Assembly (NCBI GenBank): GCA_964016885.1
Contig: OZ024742.1
Location: forward strand, 215,388,001-215,452,000
Length of the DNA: 64,000 bases
Reading direction: 5' to 3'
Origin: Eledone cirrhosa
Taxonomy: Eukaryota
This document shows positions 31,035-43,708 of this stretch, piece after piece. The position numbers and the translations under genes are program-made. The notes beneath the pieces are model-generated. The model was not told where the DNA came from and ran no database searches. It saw nothing but the letters and a program-made list of their open reading frames with translations. How positions within the stretch are numbered: the first letter of the stretch is position 1; each line of letters opens with the position of its first letter.

Positions 31035-31104
31035 TATTTTATTATGCGCATTTCCGAAACAACATCATCCTGGGACAAAATTTGTGTTCTCATCAGATAA
31101 AATA
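31035..31104 (-). ncRNA. Type I hammerhead ribozyme, diverged paralogue tail-to-tail with the 30833 copy
   Basis: Same stem I, core and helix III with a different helix II. Flanks 30800-30933 and 31000-31137 are imperfect inverted copies. Confidence 0.85.
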
Positions 31105-31292
31105 AGGTAACATGATATGAAGTCTAAAAACACTTGTCAACAGGAAAGTGCAAAGTCTACATATGACAGAAATATAAGAGTAAGAAAAAGATAGGAAAAT
31201 AGAAGAAAAGGAAAGAAGGAGAAAAAGGAAAAAGAAAGATAATAGAGGAAAAAGGAAAAAAAGGGAAAAAAGAAAGGAGAGAGAGAGAGAGA

Positions 31293-31370
<78 letters not shown>

Positions 31371-32123
31371 GAGAGAGACTTTTGATCAGGAACGCTGTCA
31401 AAAGGAAACAAGCTGTAAATAACGGTTAAAAAGTAAATTGATGATGTGTATGTGCGAATATTATAGATGGTATTCAAATATTAGATGTCTAAAATATAGA
31501 AACTGGGTATATTATTTTATATTGGGTTTAAATACTAAAAATTGGATTAAGAAGTGTAAAAATGTATTAATAAAATAAAATAAAATAAAATAAATTAAAT
31601 TAAATTAAAATAAGTATAAACATTTTTTTATAAAATAAAATTAAATTAAAAAATAAAAATACTCTATCTATGTCAAAATTTAAAATTTCTATTAAAAATT
31701 TATATATGTGGGGTATACTATTTAATTTATATTTTATATCAACATGTAAATAAAGGAAATTGCTAGAATGATTTATAAACGTAGATAAACATATGTCGTC
31801 ATAATTTGTTTACAAAATATACGAAGGTTTGAGCGAAAATCTAAGGCTATAGAAAACTAAATTAATACATTGTAGAATATATGTGTAAAAAAAATAGGTG
31901 TAAAAATTTAACCGTTATTCGTGGAATATGTTATAGGACATTAGCTGTTTACTTTGTGAAAGTATATATGTATATATATGTAGATAAATCTACCAAAATA
32001 TACGGTAGTGTCCATACATACGTTGCTCCTAATTTTATACAGGTATTCATATTTTAATATATATTTTTTATATATATATACATAATTTTATGACTCCCTA
32101 TATATATAGTTGAGCTCTCTTTC

Positions 32124-35100
32124 TTGTCCATTATCCATATTACAATGGAAAATTCTTTAAAGAAAATACCGATACCTTCTAAGGACGAATTCTTACTTCG
32201 TATGATACAAAAAACCAACCAATTCATCAAAAGTTTCAGAAAGAGGGCCTACCACTTTGATAGAAAAACAAAACGTAATGATAAGAAATATTTATATGAT
32301 TTCACCACATATAAGAACCCACCACACAACCCCTTGCTTGAAAACTTCGAGAAAGACCTATCAAACACCTCAGATTTAAGAAATATAAATCTAATTTTCA
32401 AATCTACCCTATTGGATCTAAAAAAAATCTAGCAAAGTCCACGTCCACTCAGACAAAACTGGAAATTTACACCACATGAATATTGATAATTAGAATGAGG
32501 TCATTTATAAAGAACTCAGGAAAAATAATTAAAAAAAAAATAATGCGGCTCTTACCAATATCAACAACAAAACATACAACATAGTAAATAAACTCAATAT
32601 TGAAGACAGAACTGAATTTTGGCACTGAAAAAAACACACTTTAACCTGAAAGATCACGAATCTAACTTTAACTCTAATACTTCTATAAGACTTATTTATA
32701 TGCCCTTCCAAGTCAGATATTGGCATCATTAGTAAAAATAGTTTAGATAGAATCATCCCACAATTAAGAAAACACGTTATCTTACCACTCTGGGAAAACA
32801 CATCTGGTTTACTTATATTAGAAATAAATTATCTGCTTCATTTCTACAATTTGATATAGATGCTTATTATTCCTCTATATCACCCATACTCCTGAACAAA
32901 GCCTTGATATTTGCCAAAAATTGATCAAACTTAACTATGTATGACATTAATATTATCACGCACGCTAGACAAACACTCCTGGAGTTTCAGAAGGAATACT
33001 GGACTAGAAATACATATAGCAATGTCTTCGACATAACTATGTGCTCTAGTGATTCCGCCCAAATTACCGATCTTGTGGGCCTCTTTATTCTATTTTACAT
33101 TAATTCATCTTTTCCCCACCTTAAAGGTAGTTTATATCGTGATGACTGTCTTCTTCTTTCCACTAATCTTAGCCTATCAGAAATTGAACTTATTAGAACT
33201 TTCCTCAAAGACTATTAGAATCTCACTATTACATTTGAAAACACCAGTAAAATAGTTAATTTCCTAGATATAACTTTAGACCTATCTAGAGTATCTACCA
33301 ACCTTACCATAAATCTAACCAAAACTTACATTACATACACTCACAATCCAATCACCTTAGATCTATCCTTAAAAACCTATCATATAATATCTCACTCAGA
33401 ATCTCTAACCTTTGATCTAACCAGGATGTATTCGATAAAAATGCGCCCTTTTATAATGAAGCTTTAGCTATAAGGGGCCACAAAAACAAATTAGTCTATA
33501 TACCTTGCACCAATAATACTTCAAACATACAACCCAATATTACCAACAAACACCAAATGAAAAACCCACACCTAAATGCCACTCATACTACACCCCAAAA
33601 TACTAACCTAAAACTGAATTTCTCTACCGCTTCTCACATAAAATATAATAACTTTCAAAAAAACCATTCATCCTAATACTCCAATATATGTTAACAATAC
33701 TAACAAAATTCCTAGTAATCAGACTAAAACACCTAAATCAGTTAATCTAACTAAACCTATATATAATAAATTCACTAATAGTAACTCTCTTAGTAAACAT
33801 CCTGATACATCGTATACATATAAAAAACAATATCGAAACCGTAATAGACGGGTTACTTGGTATAATGCTCCATTTAATATACAAATTAAAGATAATATCC
33901 CTAAAAATGTTTTACTATCCTATAGAAAAACTTCCAACAAAACCATAAGTACCTTCAAATTTTAAATAGATCAACTGTCAAATGTTCTTACTCCACTCCC
34001 AAAAATATACAACAGAATATAAGTGCGTACAACGCATATAAATGTAAAACAAAACACACATATACCACCAACACATCAAACCAACTATAATACTAAAATA
34101 AACCGCAACAAACCATCATCTCCTTCACCTGTAACAAGTCGAGTAAATTCCACACCAAATTTGACTAACTCCTCTCATATAATATTCACGAATGGTTGTA
34201 ACTGTAGAATCAAAAGAAATTGCCCATTAAAGGGAAATTGTCTTATTAATAACATAGTCTATAAATGTAAAATTAGCACTAAGGACTCCACTTATTCATA
34301 TATAAAAGCTACGTCTAACCAATTTAAAGTAAGATTTAATACCCACAAACAAAGTTTTAAAAATGCCGCATTAGCTAATACAACATCCTTGGCTGAAACA
34401 ATTAATAATTATAGAAAGAAGAATATCGATTACAACATGACCTGGAGCGTGCTCAAAAGGGCCACCCCTTATCAAAATAACAGATACGAGTGTAGGTTAT
34501 GCCCCCAGGAACTTTTTGAAATCATGTAATCTAAGGATATCCTATTAAATAAGTGGCAGGAATTAATTATATCTTGCAATCATAGAATTAGAAGAACCTT
34601 TAAATATTATTAACCTAATTAATATACACCTTACTCCTATATTTTACATATTATTATAATTAGTTTTTTTTTTATTTAGTTAACCTATAATTAGTATTTT
34701 ACTACAGATAACTTCATAATTTTATTTCCCTCTTACAGCTCTCTTTTCCTAAAATTAATACCTAATAGTGTACCTATAAATTAATTTAATTTCTTGTTAT
34801 GAATCTATATTGCTTGTAGTTTATATAAGATTGGTATTTCTCACTACTACCCTTATCCCAAAATTTTACTTTCTTTCGTTTTTAACAACACACTTTAATA
34901 ACATCTAATTCTTATTTATCACATTCATATGAATTAATATAAATTTATCCCTATAAGTATACCTATTAATTAATTTAATTTCTTGTTATAGATCTAGATT
35001 CCTTATGGTTTAAATAAGATTGGTATTTCTCACTACTACCCTTACCCTAAAATTTTATTTTATTTCGTTTTTAACATTATTCTTTAATAACATCAAATGT

Positions 35101-35520
35101 TCGTGACCCTTCACTGGCTTGACCGCTTTTCCTCCCCAAAGTATTCTTTTCGTTCAAAGTATTCTTTTCATTCAAAACATTAGTCTGCACTCCTCTACCC
35201 CTAAATTAAATTCCTACTACCACTATTCTATCAACTTGACCTCTAACTACTTTTCTGTTGGTCAATTCAAAACCGGTTCCCAAACAGACCTTTTATATTA
35301 AATTTTTGTTGGTTTTTTTCAATAAACAAATCACATCATTTCTGAAGACAACATGTATATGTGAAGGTATCTATATTTCCTCTGATAATTTGTAATATGT
35401 TTACATAGATCTATATGATATACATACCAATACACATATACATCCTAGAAACGATCGTAAAATGATGAATTTTTTAATATAAGGAACTTGTTCTTTGTTT
35501 TTATTTCATTGTTTTTATTA
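32124..35520 (+). mobile_element. Near full-length decayed Penelope-like element (Naiad-like): RT + GIY-YIG pseudogene, 3' UTR, hammerhead
   Basis: SLKKIPIPS, SDKTGN, LKDH, PSKSDIGIISK, FDIDAYYSSI, FDITMCSSDSA, LYRDD, VNFLDITL, SNH, CNCRIKRNCPLKGNC (CxCx5Cx5C), IVYKC..YI, CRLC..E. Many stops and frameshifts. ORF ends near 34610. Confidence 0.92.
35334..35467 (+). ncRNA. Type I hammerhead ribozyme at PLE 3' end with ~100 nt helix II
   Basis: catcattt-CTGAAGA-...atgtatatgtg/cacatatacat...-GAAAC gatc GTA^-aaatgatg. 8 bp stem I and palindromic ACGATCGT. Confidence 0.85.
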
Positions 35521-35537
35521 ATATATATATATATATA

Positions 35538-35634
35538 TTTATTAAAATAACAGATTAAAGTTTAAGCAAAGAATCGCTGCTTAACGTTGAAAGCAGTGAT
35601 ATTTGCTTAAACTTTAATCTGTTATTTTAATAAA
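35538..35634. repeat. Fold-back palindrome made from the 3' half of the 20325-20399 HHR family
   Basis: attaaaataacagattaaagtttaagcaaa ... tttgcttaaactttaatctgttattttaat. Confidence 0.8.
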
Positions 35635-35648
35635 TATTATAGCATCTA

Positions 35649-35947
35649 CTAATCGTCTGCAAGTGGTGCAAATATGTTATACTCTGCGCGTTCCATAAAA
35701 GGGAAATAACTCGTCTCTCATCTCTATTTATACATTTTAACTGAAAAATCAATACTCTACAAATTCGATTTTTGCACTTGGCGTGGGTCGATTTGAAAAT
35801 GTTTTTGACCGATGTCTCCACCGGGCCTACATCTATAAGTGTAGCAATTTCAGCGAAATTTGAACGTACGGTTTAGGATGAGATGTGTGCCGACGGTTTT
35901 AGTAGACAGACAGACAGACAGACAATTTCAGTTTTATATATATAGAT
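35649..35947 (-). mobile_element. Probable non-autonomous Helitron
   Basis: Minus strand starts a|TCtatatatataaaa..tgtctgtctgtc like the 19943 element. The 3' end is degenerate (ttag|t). Confidence 0.55.
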
Positions 35948-35958
35948 ATATATAAATA

Positions 35959-36008
<50 letters not shown>

Positions 36009-36009
<1 letters not shown>

Positions 36010-36195
36010 CCAAGGAATTGTGGTAAGGAACCAGATGGACCAAAACGCACCAGAGTACTCAATACTTAGGGTAGTAGAGTGGGAAATAGGAAAAAGTATG
36101 ACCCCGTCGGCAGAGTTCAAGCCGCCGTTTCGACGGCTATTTCTGGTAATAGCCGTCGAATCGGCTTGAAGTCTGCCGTCGGGGTCATACTTTTT

Positions 36196-36200
<5 letters not shown>
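36009..36200 (-). mobile_element. (TA)n-embedded mini element with ~110 nt hairpin (family also at 63475-63664 and partly 9869-9941)
   Basis: Hairpin 36086-36200 plus tail cactctactaccctaagtattgagtactctggtgcg. Confidence 0.82.
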
Positions 36201-36268
<68 letters not shown>

Positions 36269-37097
36269 CTGTGTGTGTCATTCATCTTAATATGTACATA
36301 CACAAAACTACACCATTCCGAATGATATCTATGATGAAGAGCAATAACACTCGATGAAGTAGAGGTCCTAGTAAAGTGGTAAGTTAGACCACGTCATATC
36401 GTGTTCTGATGTAAATATACATACAGAAATTGCCATTTGCCCAAACCTGTACGGAAATACATCTAGAACAATTCAAAGCTAAATAGGAATTCAACCAGTG
36501 TACCTCATAAGCCAGCATATGACCTAACATACAAGTCCCCTACTATATAAAGAAAGTATATTGCAACCGGCATTTTAAAATCCGTCCCCAAACTCCCTAA
36601 AAACAACAACCTACCTACCACAATTATTGGCCTCTGGAGACAAACTTCATCTGGCTGAAACTGTTGAATTTTGTAGATTCTTTAAACAATATGGAGCGTG
36701 TACGAACCCATTGCCCAATTTGTTTGTGTGCCGAAGTTTTAGGGTTTCTGAAATAATTAGTTGCCATATTCGTAAATATGGTTTTATTTGTCATTATCCA
36801 TAGCTTCGATTACATAGAGCGGACTACATGTAAGAATTTTTTTTCCAGATTGAAAAGAATTTTCTTTCCTCCTATAAATCACAAACCTAAAAGATTTCCA
36901 AGTTACTATTTTGAGGACCGTATAAATATGGTTCCTGTTATTTCTTAGGAGTGGGTAAGACTGTCAATCGAACAGTAATTACAAGCTGAATTCCACCAGG
37001 GAGAGGCACATTTTGATTGGATTTTGTTATGCAGAAATTCTATATCATTTCACTCTTCTAATACGTAGTACCTTGTTATTAGTCAAAATTAATAAAT

Positions 37098-38750
37098 AAT
37101 TGTTTCTACTTTAGGCACAAGGCCAGCAATTACCCAGTGCATTACTGGTACTTTATTTTATCGACCCCGTAAGGATGAAAGGCAAAGTCAACAATGGCTT
37201 GCGATATTTCTTCTTCCTTTCCGATTTTATTTTCTTACAAGCAATACTTCCTGGTCTAATATTAAATCTGTGGGCTAAATCGTATGCCAAATTTCTTGTG
37301 TATTCCTGCACACTGCACTCTGAGTTCAAATCATGTTCAGATTATCTTTGTCTTTTATCACAATCCCATTGCAATTGATAAACACGATATCACTCAAATA
37401 CTTGGGTGATGTTTCATTTTCTTTTCTTGTTCTCTTCTCTTACTCATACTCTCACCTTCTCCCTCCCTTATTCACCCTCTCAGTCTCTCTCTCTCACTCT
37501 CTCTCTCTCTCTCTCTCTCTATCTAAAAATAAAATGAAATAGCCTGTGTTCAGATCTGGAGAAAACTAGACAGTCTTAAAAAATAAACGATTAAAGGCGA
37601 GAGAATGAGAAAGAAAATAATCTAATAATTTAAGAAATAGCCTGAATGTCATTATTGAACACAAAATAACAAAGAACAAATACTGTTGGAAATCATATAA
37701 TATGGATTGTGGAAATATCGTGGTTTAAATAAGTGGCATGTGGATAAATAATTGTTTCTATTTATAGGCACAAGGCCAGCAATTACCCAGTACATTACTG
37801 GTACTTTATTTTATCGACCTCGCATGTGGATAAATAATGGTTTCTGATTTAGGCTCAAGGCCAACAGATTTGAGAGGAGAGGCAAGTCGATTAAACTGAC
37901 TCTCGAGCATTATTGGTGTTTATTTTATTGACCCTGTAAGAATGAAAGGCAAAGCTAACCTCGTTGGTATTTAAACTCAAAACGTAATGGTTTTCAAGCG
38001 TTGTGGCGCAAAACATTTTGTCCGACGCCATACCCATACAGCCAATCAACTGCCCTCAATAGTTTCTGATTTAGACACAAGTTCATCAATTGCGGTGGAG
38101 GAGAAAGTCGATTAAATCGACTCCAGTGCTTTAATGGTAATTTATTTTATCGACCCAATAAGGGTGAAAGACCAATTTAACCTTAGAATGTAAAGGCAGG
38201 TAATATTATGCCCCACTAATTGGATAAATAATTAAGTAAATTGTAGTCTAAATCTTGAGTAATTTCAGTAGAGTGTGAGTAGAATAGTGGATATGTATGA
38301 AGAGTGATTTATAGGTATAATAATTGTTTCTACGTTAGGCACAAGGCCAGCAATTACCCAGTGTATTACTGGTACTTTATTTTATCGACCCCGTAAGGGT
38401 GAAAGGCAAAGTTAACCTCGGCGGGATTTGTACTCAGAATAGCAAGGGCCGTAACTCTATGCGTCAAAGCATGGCGTCCGACCCTCTACCAATACTGCCA
38501 ATCCACCGCCCTTTATGGGTATAATAATGTTTTTTTTTATATAAGCACAAGCCCAGCAATTTTTAGGGGGAGGGGAAAGTCGATTAACTCGAACCAGTGC
38601 GTGACTGGTACTGTATTTTATCGACCCCGTAAGGATGAATGGCAAAGTTAACATCGGTGGGATTTGAACTCAAACTGTAAAGGACCGTTACTCTGTGCTG
38701 CAAAACATGGTGTTCGACTCTCTACCGATACTGCCAATCCACCACCCTCC
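37098..38750 (-). mobile_element. Cluster of six same-orientation SINE copies of differing divergence
   Basis: Copies near 37098-37192, 37749-37822, 37835-38058, 38060-38190, 38320-38512 and 38535-38750 share tttatcgaccccgtaaggatgaaaggcaaagt or its 3' flank. Confidence 0.85.
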
Positions 38751-39289
38751 GTGTATAGTTAAAATAAAAGTCAGATTTCTAGTTAAAAGTAGTAATTTTA
38801 CTGGATTATTAAATACAAATCCTGATCAACTCACAAATATATAATTCATTTGATATTCTTATCGAAATAATCATTCTCTTGATTATTGGAAATGCATATT
38901 GTTTATTATTTAGACTATCTACAGAATAGTCAATTTCGTGATTTGAACTTAGAACACAGCGATGAGGAACACATGTTTCATACTCAACAATTCCGCATAT
39001 CCGCTAATAATTGAGAGCGATGATCGTCGGAAGACATAACGACTATTTTCACAAATTAATTCTAACATTAAAAATAATGTAGTAACTGGTGTGTCGAGAA
39101 GAAACCTCCTCGTTAAAATAAAATCATTATTATACAATGTGGGAAATGTGCGTGTCCACCGTTAAACCAAACATTTAAATATTGAGAAAGTATTGGGGAT
39201 ATTCACGAGCATATTTTGTTTTCTTTATTTCGATTGCTATTGAGTCAATACATATATATTTGTTATGTGAAAGAGAACTGTCTGAGATG

Positions 39290-39665
39290 CAATGAATCCT
39301 GCGAATAAAAAACATCTGTCCAGCGCTTCTTTCCCGAGACATTTTGACCCCATGTCCATAGTATCGAATCTGCGATCTCTCCATTCATTGAAGCAGCATT
39401 TCTGCCTGGAGCAATTCTATGATCTCTTAGCTACGCACTCTATCAAGTAACGTTACCGTAAACATCATTCAGAGGAAATCCATTTAGACTGCTTGTGTTC
39501 GGGATCATATTCATTCGGTCATTACCCAAGATTCATGAACTTTGACTAAATGCTTAAGCTGCAAATGCACCAGCAATTCTTGCACTTAATTCAGCCTCCT
39601 GTCGTCTATCACTCATGTACACGGCGCCGATAGATTTGAACTTCTCCACCAGCTTCAATGGAGCA
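39290..39665 (-). mobile_element. RTE-clade (Expander/Rex3-like) LINE remnant
   Basis: VEKFKSIG...SD....E...RI..A, HESWVMTE and ERSQIRYYGH..KM..ER motifs in colinear order. Confidence 0.7.
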
Positions 39666-40499
39666 TCAATAACATGTAGAATCCTTTTGATATTTATAAA
39701 AGTTTACTCACTCTTTAATGGAATAGATACATCTACCGTAAGACCTTTAAACACGATAATATAAAATGGCTCACATTATTAGAGCAAATGTATCATGAAC
39801 ATTATAAGGGTCTATATATTTTCAAATCGATTGCAGCATATAACGTAAAAGGGCTTATCATCTGAGATCGATTGCAGTAGTGTAACATGTATTGGTTTTG
39901 AAAATGACTATTGGGTGCAACATCTTAATGATGTTTTTTTTTAATTCTATTTAAGGTATGTTTGTTCAAACTACATAATAAATAAGAATAATCGATAAGC
40001 CAAACACCATATAAGCCTACAAACATTACCACAAAATAAAGTCTGTCACAAATATAGAAATACGCAGAATATTTCTGCAGACGACATTATATTTGTAATA
40101 TGAAGCAGCAACAGTACGAAGCCTTATGTTATTATCGTTCATGTTAACTGCCTATTTCTCTGTCAGATATCGATCGCTCTCTTCCAATGCTCGTGATTGT
40201 GATACTGCTGCTCTTGGTAGAGGTGTTTGCAATGCTCCTGGTTGTGGTAGTAATGATAGTGGTGTTGTTTTATGTGCGGGTTCTGGTGCTTGTGGTGGTG
40301 ATGAGGGTTCTAAATATTGGTGAAATTATAATTAACTGACTGACTCTTCAATATTAAGCATTCCGAGTGACTTTGATTCACCCTTCTATTGTTCATTTTG
40401 TTAAATGTTAAAGGTTCAATTCATAGAATACAACACACCCAATGTAATGTACATACATAATTCAAACAATTCACCCATATGCGTTAAAGCGAATTCTTT

Positions 40500-41310
40500 T
40501 AGTTTTTAAATTTCTCTTAAATTTCTCTTCAAATAAAATGAATACATTTTATGTTGAATTCCTTGAAAAATTGATGGAATGGTCATAGAGGGAAATTAAT
40601 TTCCTCCACCTCCACCGTATCCTCCCCCTCCTCCTCCTCCTCATTCTTCTTCTTCTTCTTCTTCTTCTTCTTCTTCTTCTTCTTCTTCTTCTTCTTCTTC
40701 TTCTTCTTCTTCTTCTTCTTCTTCTTCTTCTTCTTCTTTTTCTTCTTCTTATTATTATTATTCTTCTTCAGAAAATTTGAAATGTGTAGGTATTTATAAG
40801 AAAAGCAGATCTGCTACAATACATATATTAGCTTTTTTTGGCATGTATCCACAAGAAAAGCAAATAGATTTCAAATTATCAAACTTATACACATTCGTCA
40901 CATATATTTTTTTTAACTCTTTAACATTCAAACTGGCCATAAGCTGCCAGAATTCTCTCATCTTGCCTCAACAAACCGGTCGTACCCGGCCACTCATACC
41001 GACATTAAGGGATTGTGCTCAAAATAAACAACAACAAAGTCTCATAGATTCAATATTATGTGAGTTAATTATTATTATGTGAGTTAATTATTATTAGTTT
41101 TAAATTTCTCTTAAAATAAAATGAATACATTTTATGTTGAATTCCTTGAAAAATTGATGGAATGGTCATAGAGGGAAATTAATTTCCTCCACCTCCACCT
41201 TATCCTCCTCCTCCTCCTCCTCCTCCTCCTCATTCTTCTTCTTCTTCTTCTTCTTCTTCTTCTTCTTCTTCTTCTTCTTCTTCTTCTTCTTCTTCTTCTT
41301 CTTCTTCTTC
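40500..41310. repeat. ~600 bp unit in ~1.35 tandem copies containing (CCT)n(TTC)n
   Basis: 40500-40740 is repeated at 41097-41310. 40620-41080 has a near-identical inverted copy at 44197-44634. Confidence 0.85.
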
Positions 41311-41984
41311 TCTAACTTTCCCTCTTGCCAAAAATGATCTTATATGTTTTTTTCTTTTTCTCCACAGAAATAGATAAATACCGAGGTTCGGCCTTCGCGG
41401 GATCCAGGACGGCAGTTCACTCAAATTGCCGAGCTGCGGAAAGCTGTGCCTCACAAATGACGACCACACCTGTTAGCCAGTTCTCAGCACATTATCCTAA
41501 CTGGTTCTGAGAATCAATCGTCAACGAAACTGGAAAGCCACGTACGGTCACGCAAGAATGTTACCTGAACTTCTTCATCCAATGGAAAATCCTTTCTATA
41601 TCGAGACCATACAGAAATAGAAGGAGGTCCTGTAAGTTGTGCATCGATAAAAGAGTAATTATCTTGCAGAGATTACATAAAAGTGCTTACTTTAAAATGA
41701 GGCCGTTTTTCTCTTGGGTAACAGGAAGGACAAGCACTGCCCCCCATGCACCGAAATTTCTCTTATGTAATTGGAAGGACAGGGATAACCAGAAGTTCCA
41801 TCCGGACTGAACATCCACAAGAGATCGTGCTTCAAAGGTTGTCCCGTCTAGAAGAGTCATTCTCGAATTCCCTCCCTTGTCATTTAGCTACTGGTATCTG
41901 CCGCATAAGTACTTCCTTCTCAACATAACCATACGCAAGCTGAAGAATCTTTCGTTGGAAACGCCTGTTCTCAAGTAATGTCGT

Positions 41985-42415
41985 GTAACTAAATCTCATT
42001 ATTGGTTATGTCAGAGTTGGTGCTGGCTAGGGTTAATGCTTTGTTGAGCAGTTCCGGGGTTATTGAAGCGTAGATTCCTTGGGCCTTGATCGGAGAACCA
42101 TCTAATGACTTGGCCGGTGTTGGACCACAGCTTGTAGGTGATATCATCCCGTAGCCCAGGGATGATCCTATCAAGGATGTTCTTACTGATACGACCCAAG
42201 TCGGATGTGGTTGGGCTTATAAGTCTAATAGAGGGGTTCTCTATAAAGTTTGGCTTGTGATCCTTGAGAGAAAACCTTGGGGTTGTAGGTATATAAGGGT
42301 GGGTAAATCTATCCAGATGCAAGTCCTTAACCAAAGCCTGGGCTTTGGTTAAGTAAGTTTACACTGGAGTGTATATTTTTTTTTATAGTTTTTATTAAGT
42401 TCCTTAGCCACTAAT
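41985..42415 (-). mobile_element. Penelope-like (Naiad-like) RT fragment
   Basis: LKDHKPNFIENPSIRLISPTTSDLGRISKNILDRII and YASITPELLNKAL, homologous to 32640-32930. Confidence 0.88.
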
Positions 42416-43449
42416 ATCCCTAAACGCTTCTTCTCTATCCTATCTATAAGGATATATAATCATTTGATCGAGAAATATTATATGGAGTAGCAAAACAATT
42501 GTAAACGGACATTATTATTATTAATATTATTATTATTCTTTACATTCCTTACATCAAACTAAAATATGTTGCCAATCTTTTAGTAATGTCTTCCTTGTGA
42601 AATTTGTGGTCTTGTTTTGCTTAACTAATGAATATTTCCAGCTCTGTGCACCTGACCTCTGCATGAACCCAGCCACCTAGCTGCCTTCTACTGCATCTTG
42701 CACATTGAGCACATGCCTTTACGCTTTGACTTCTAACTAATTCACCAACCTCTCCTCTCCTATCTCCATCTCTCTCTTCAAGATTGGTTACTCTTGAACT
42801 CTATATATATATATATATATCGTTGCTACTTTGTATTTAATCGTATCTATTTACACCTTTCATCAAACCTCGATTTCTTTATTTATACTGCACACATTCA
42901 CGTTAAAACATACACTACATACACACACACACACACACATATATATATGTATCACGTAAAAATATCTTTGCATATGTATATATATACATAGTTCCATTAA
43001 CTCTTTAGATCTCCTGCTATCGTATGTTGTTTTAATTTTCTGTCTTTTTCCTTTCATCTTCCTATCTATCCGTTTACTCTTTCCATTTGTTTCGATTGCT
43101 ATCTGTTTACTACTGATTTCAATAAATTTCTTTCTTTTTTACTTTTCCATTATTTTCAAGAATTTTCAACAAAAATTTTGAACGTATCAATGAACATTGT
43201 TTTTTCAGAACTGTTATATTAATTTCTTTCTTTTGTATCTAAAATGAAAAAAATGTTGGTTATAAAGAAGAATTTTCATTTATTTCTTCAGTTCGGTTTA
43301 GTTACGTACGTCATGTAATTGTATATTTATATCACGATATATACCGTACGCATATATATATATATGTTTGTGTGTGCGTGTGTGTGTGTGTGTAGATAAC
43401 TACAGAAAAAGATAAATAAATACATAGATAAATGGATAGAGAGATAGAC

Positions 43450-43496
<47 letters not shown>

Positions 43497-43498
<2 letters not shown>

Positions 43499-43583
43499 TA
43501 GAAGGGGTATTTAATTTGTTGGAAATCCGACAAATATAAATATAAATGTATCGCACTCAATAAGTTACTGAAGTAAATATTCA

Positions 43584-43623
<40 letters not shown>

Positions 43624-43708
43624 ATGTGTGTGTACTTATGTATCAATGTGTTTCCTATTGACTTTTTCAGGACTAGAACTGTTTCATTCATTTAAAATCA
43701 TCAGGAAT
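43497..43708 (-). mobile_element. Two short remnants of HHR-element families: 3' tail 43497-43587 and HHR core 43668-43708
   Basis: First matches the 25828 family tail. Second reads cctgatgattttaaatgaatgaaacagttctagtcctg on - and lacks the cleavage triplet. Confidence 0.7.

Noticed and set aside
32520-33420. In-frame TGAs in the long PLE as selenocysteine codons
   Set aside because: This copy also has TAG/TAA stops and frameshifts, so decay explains them.
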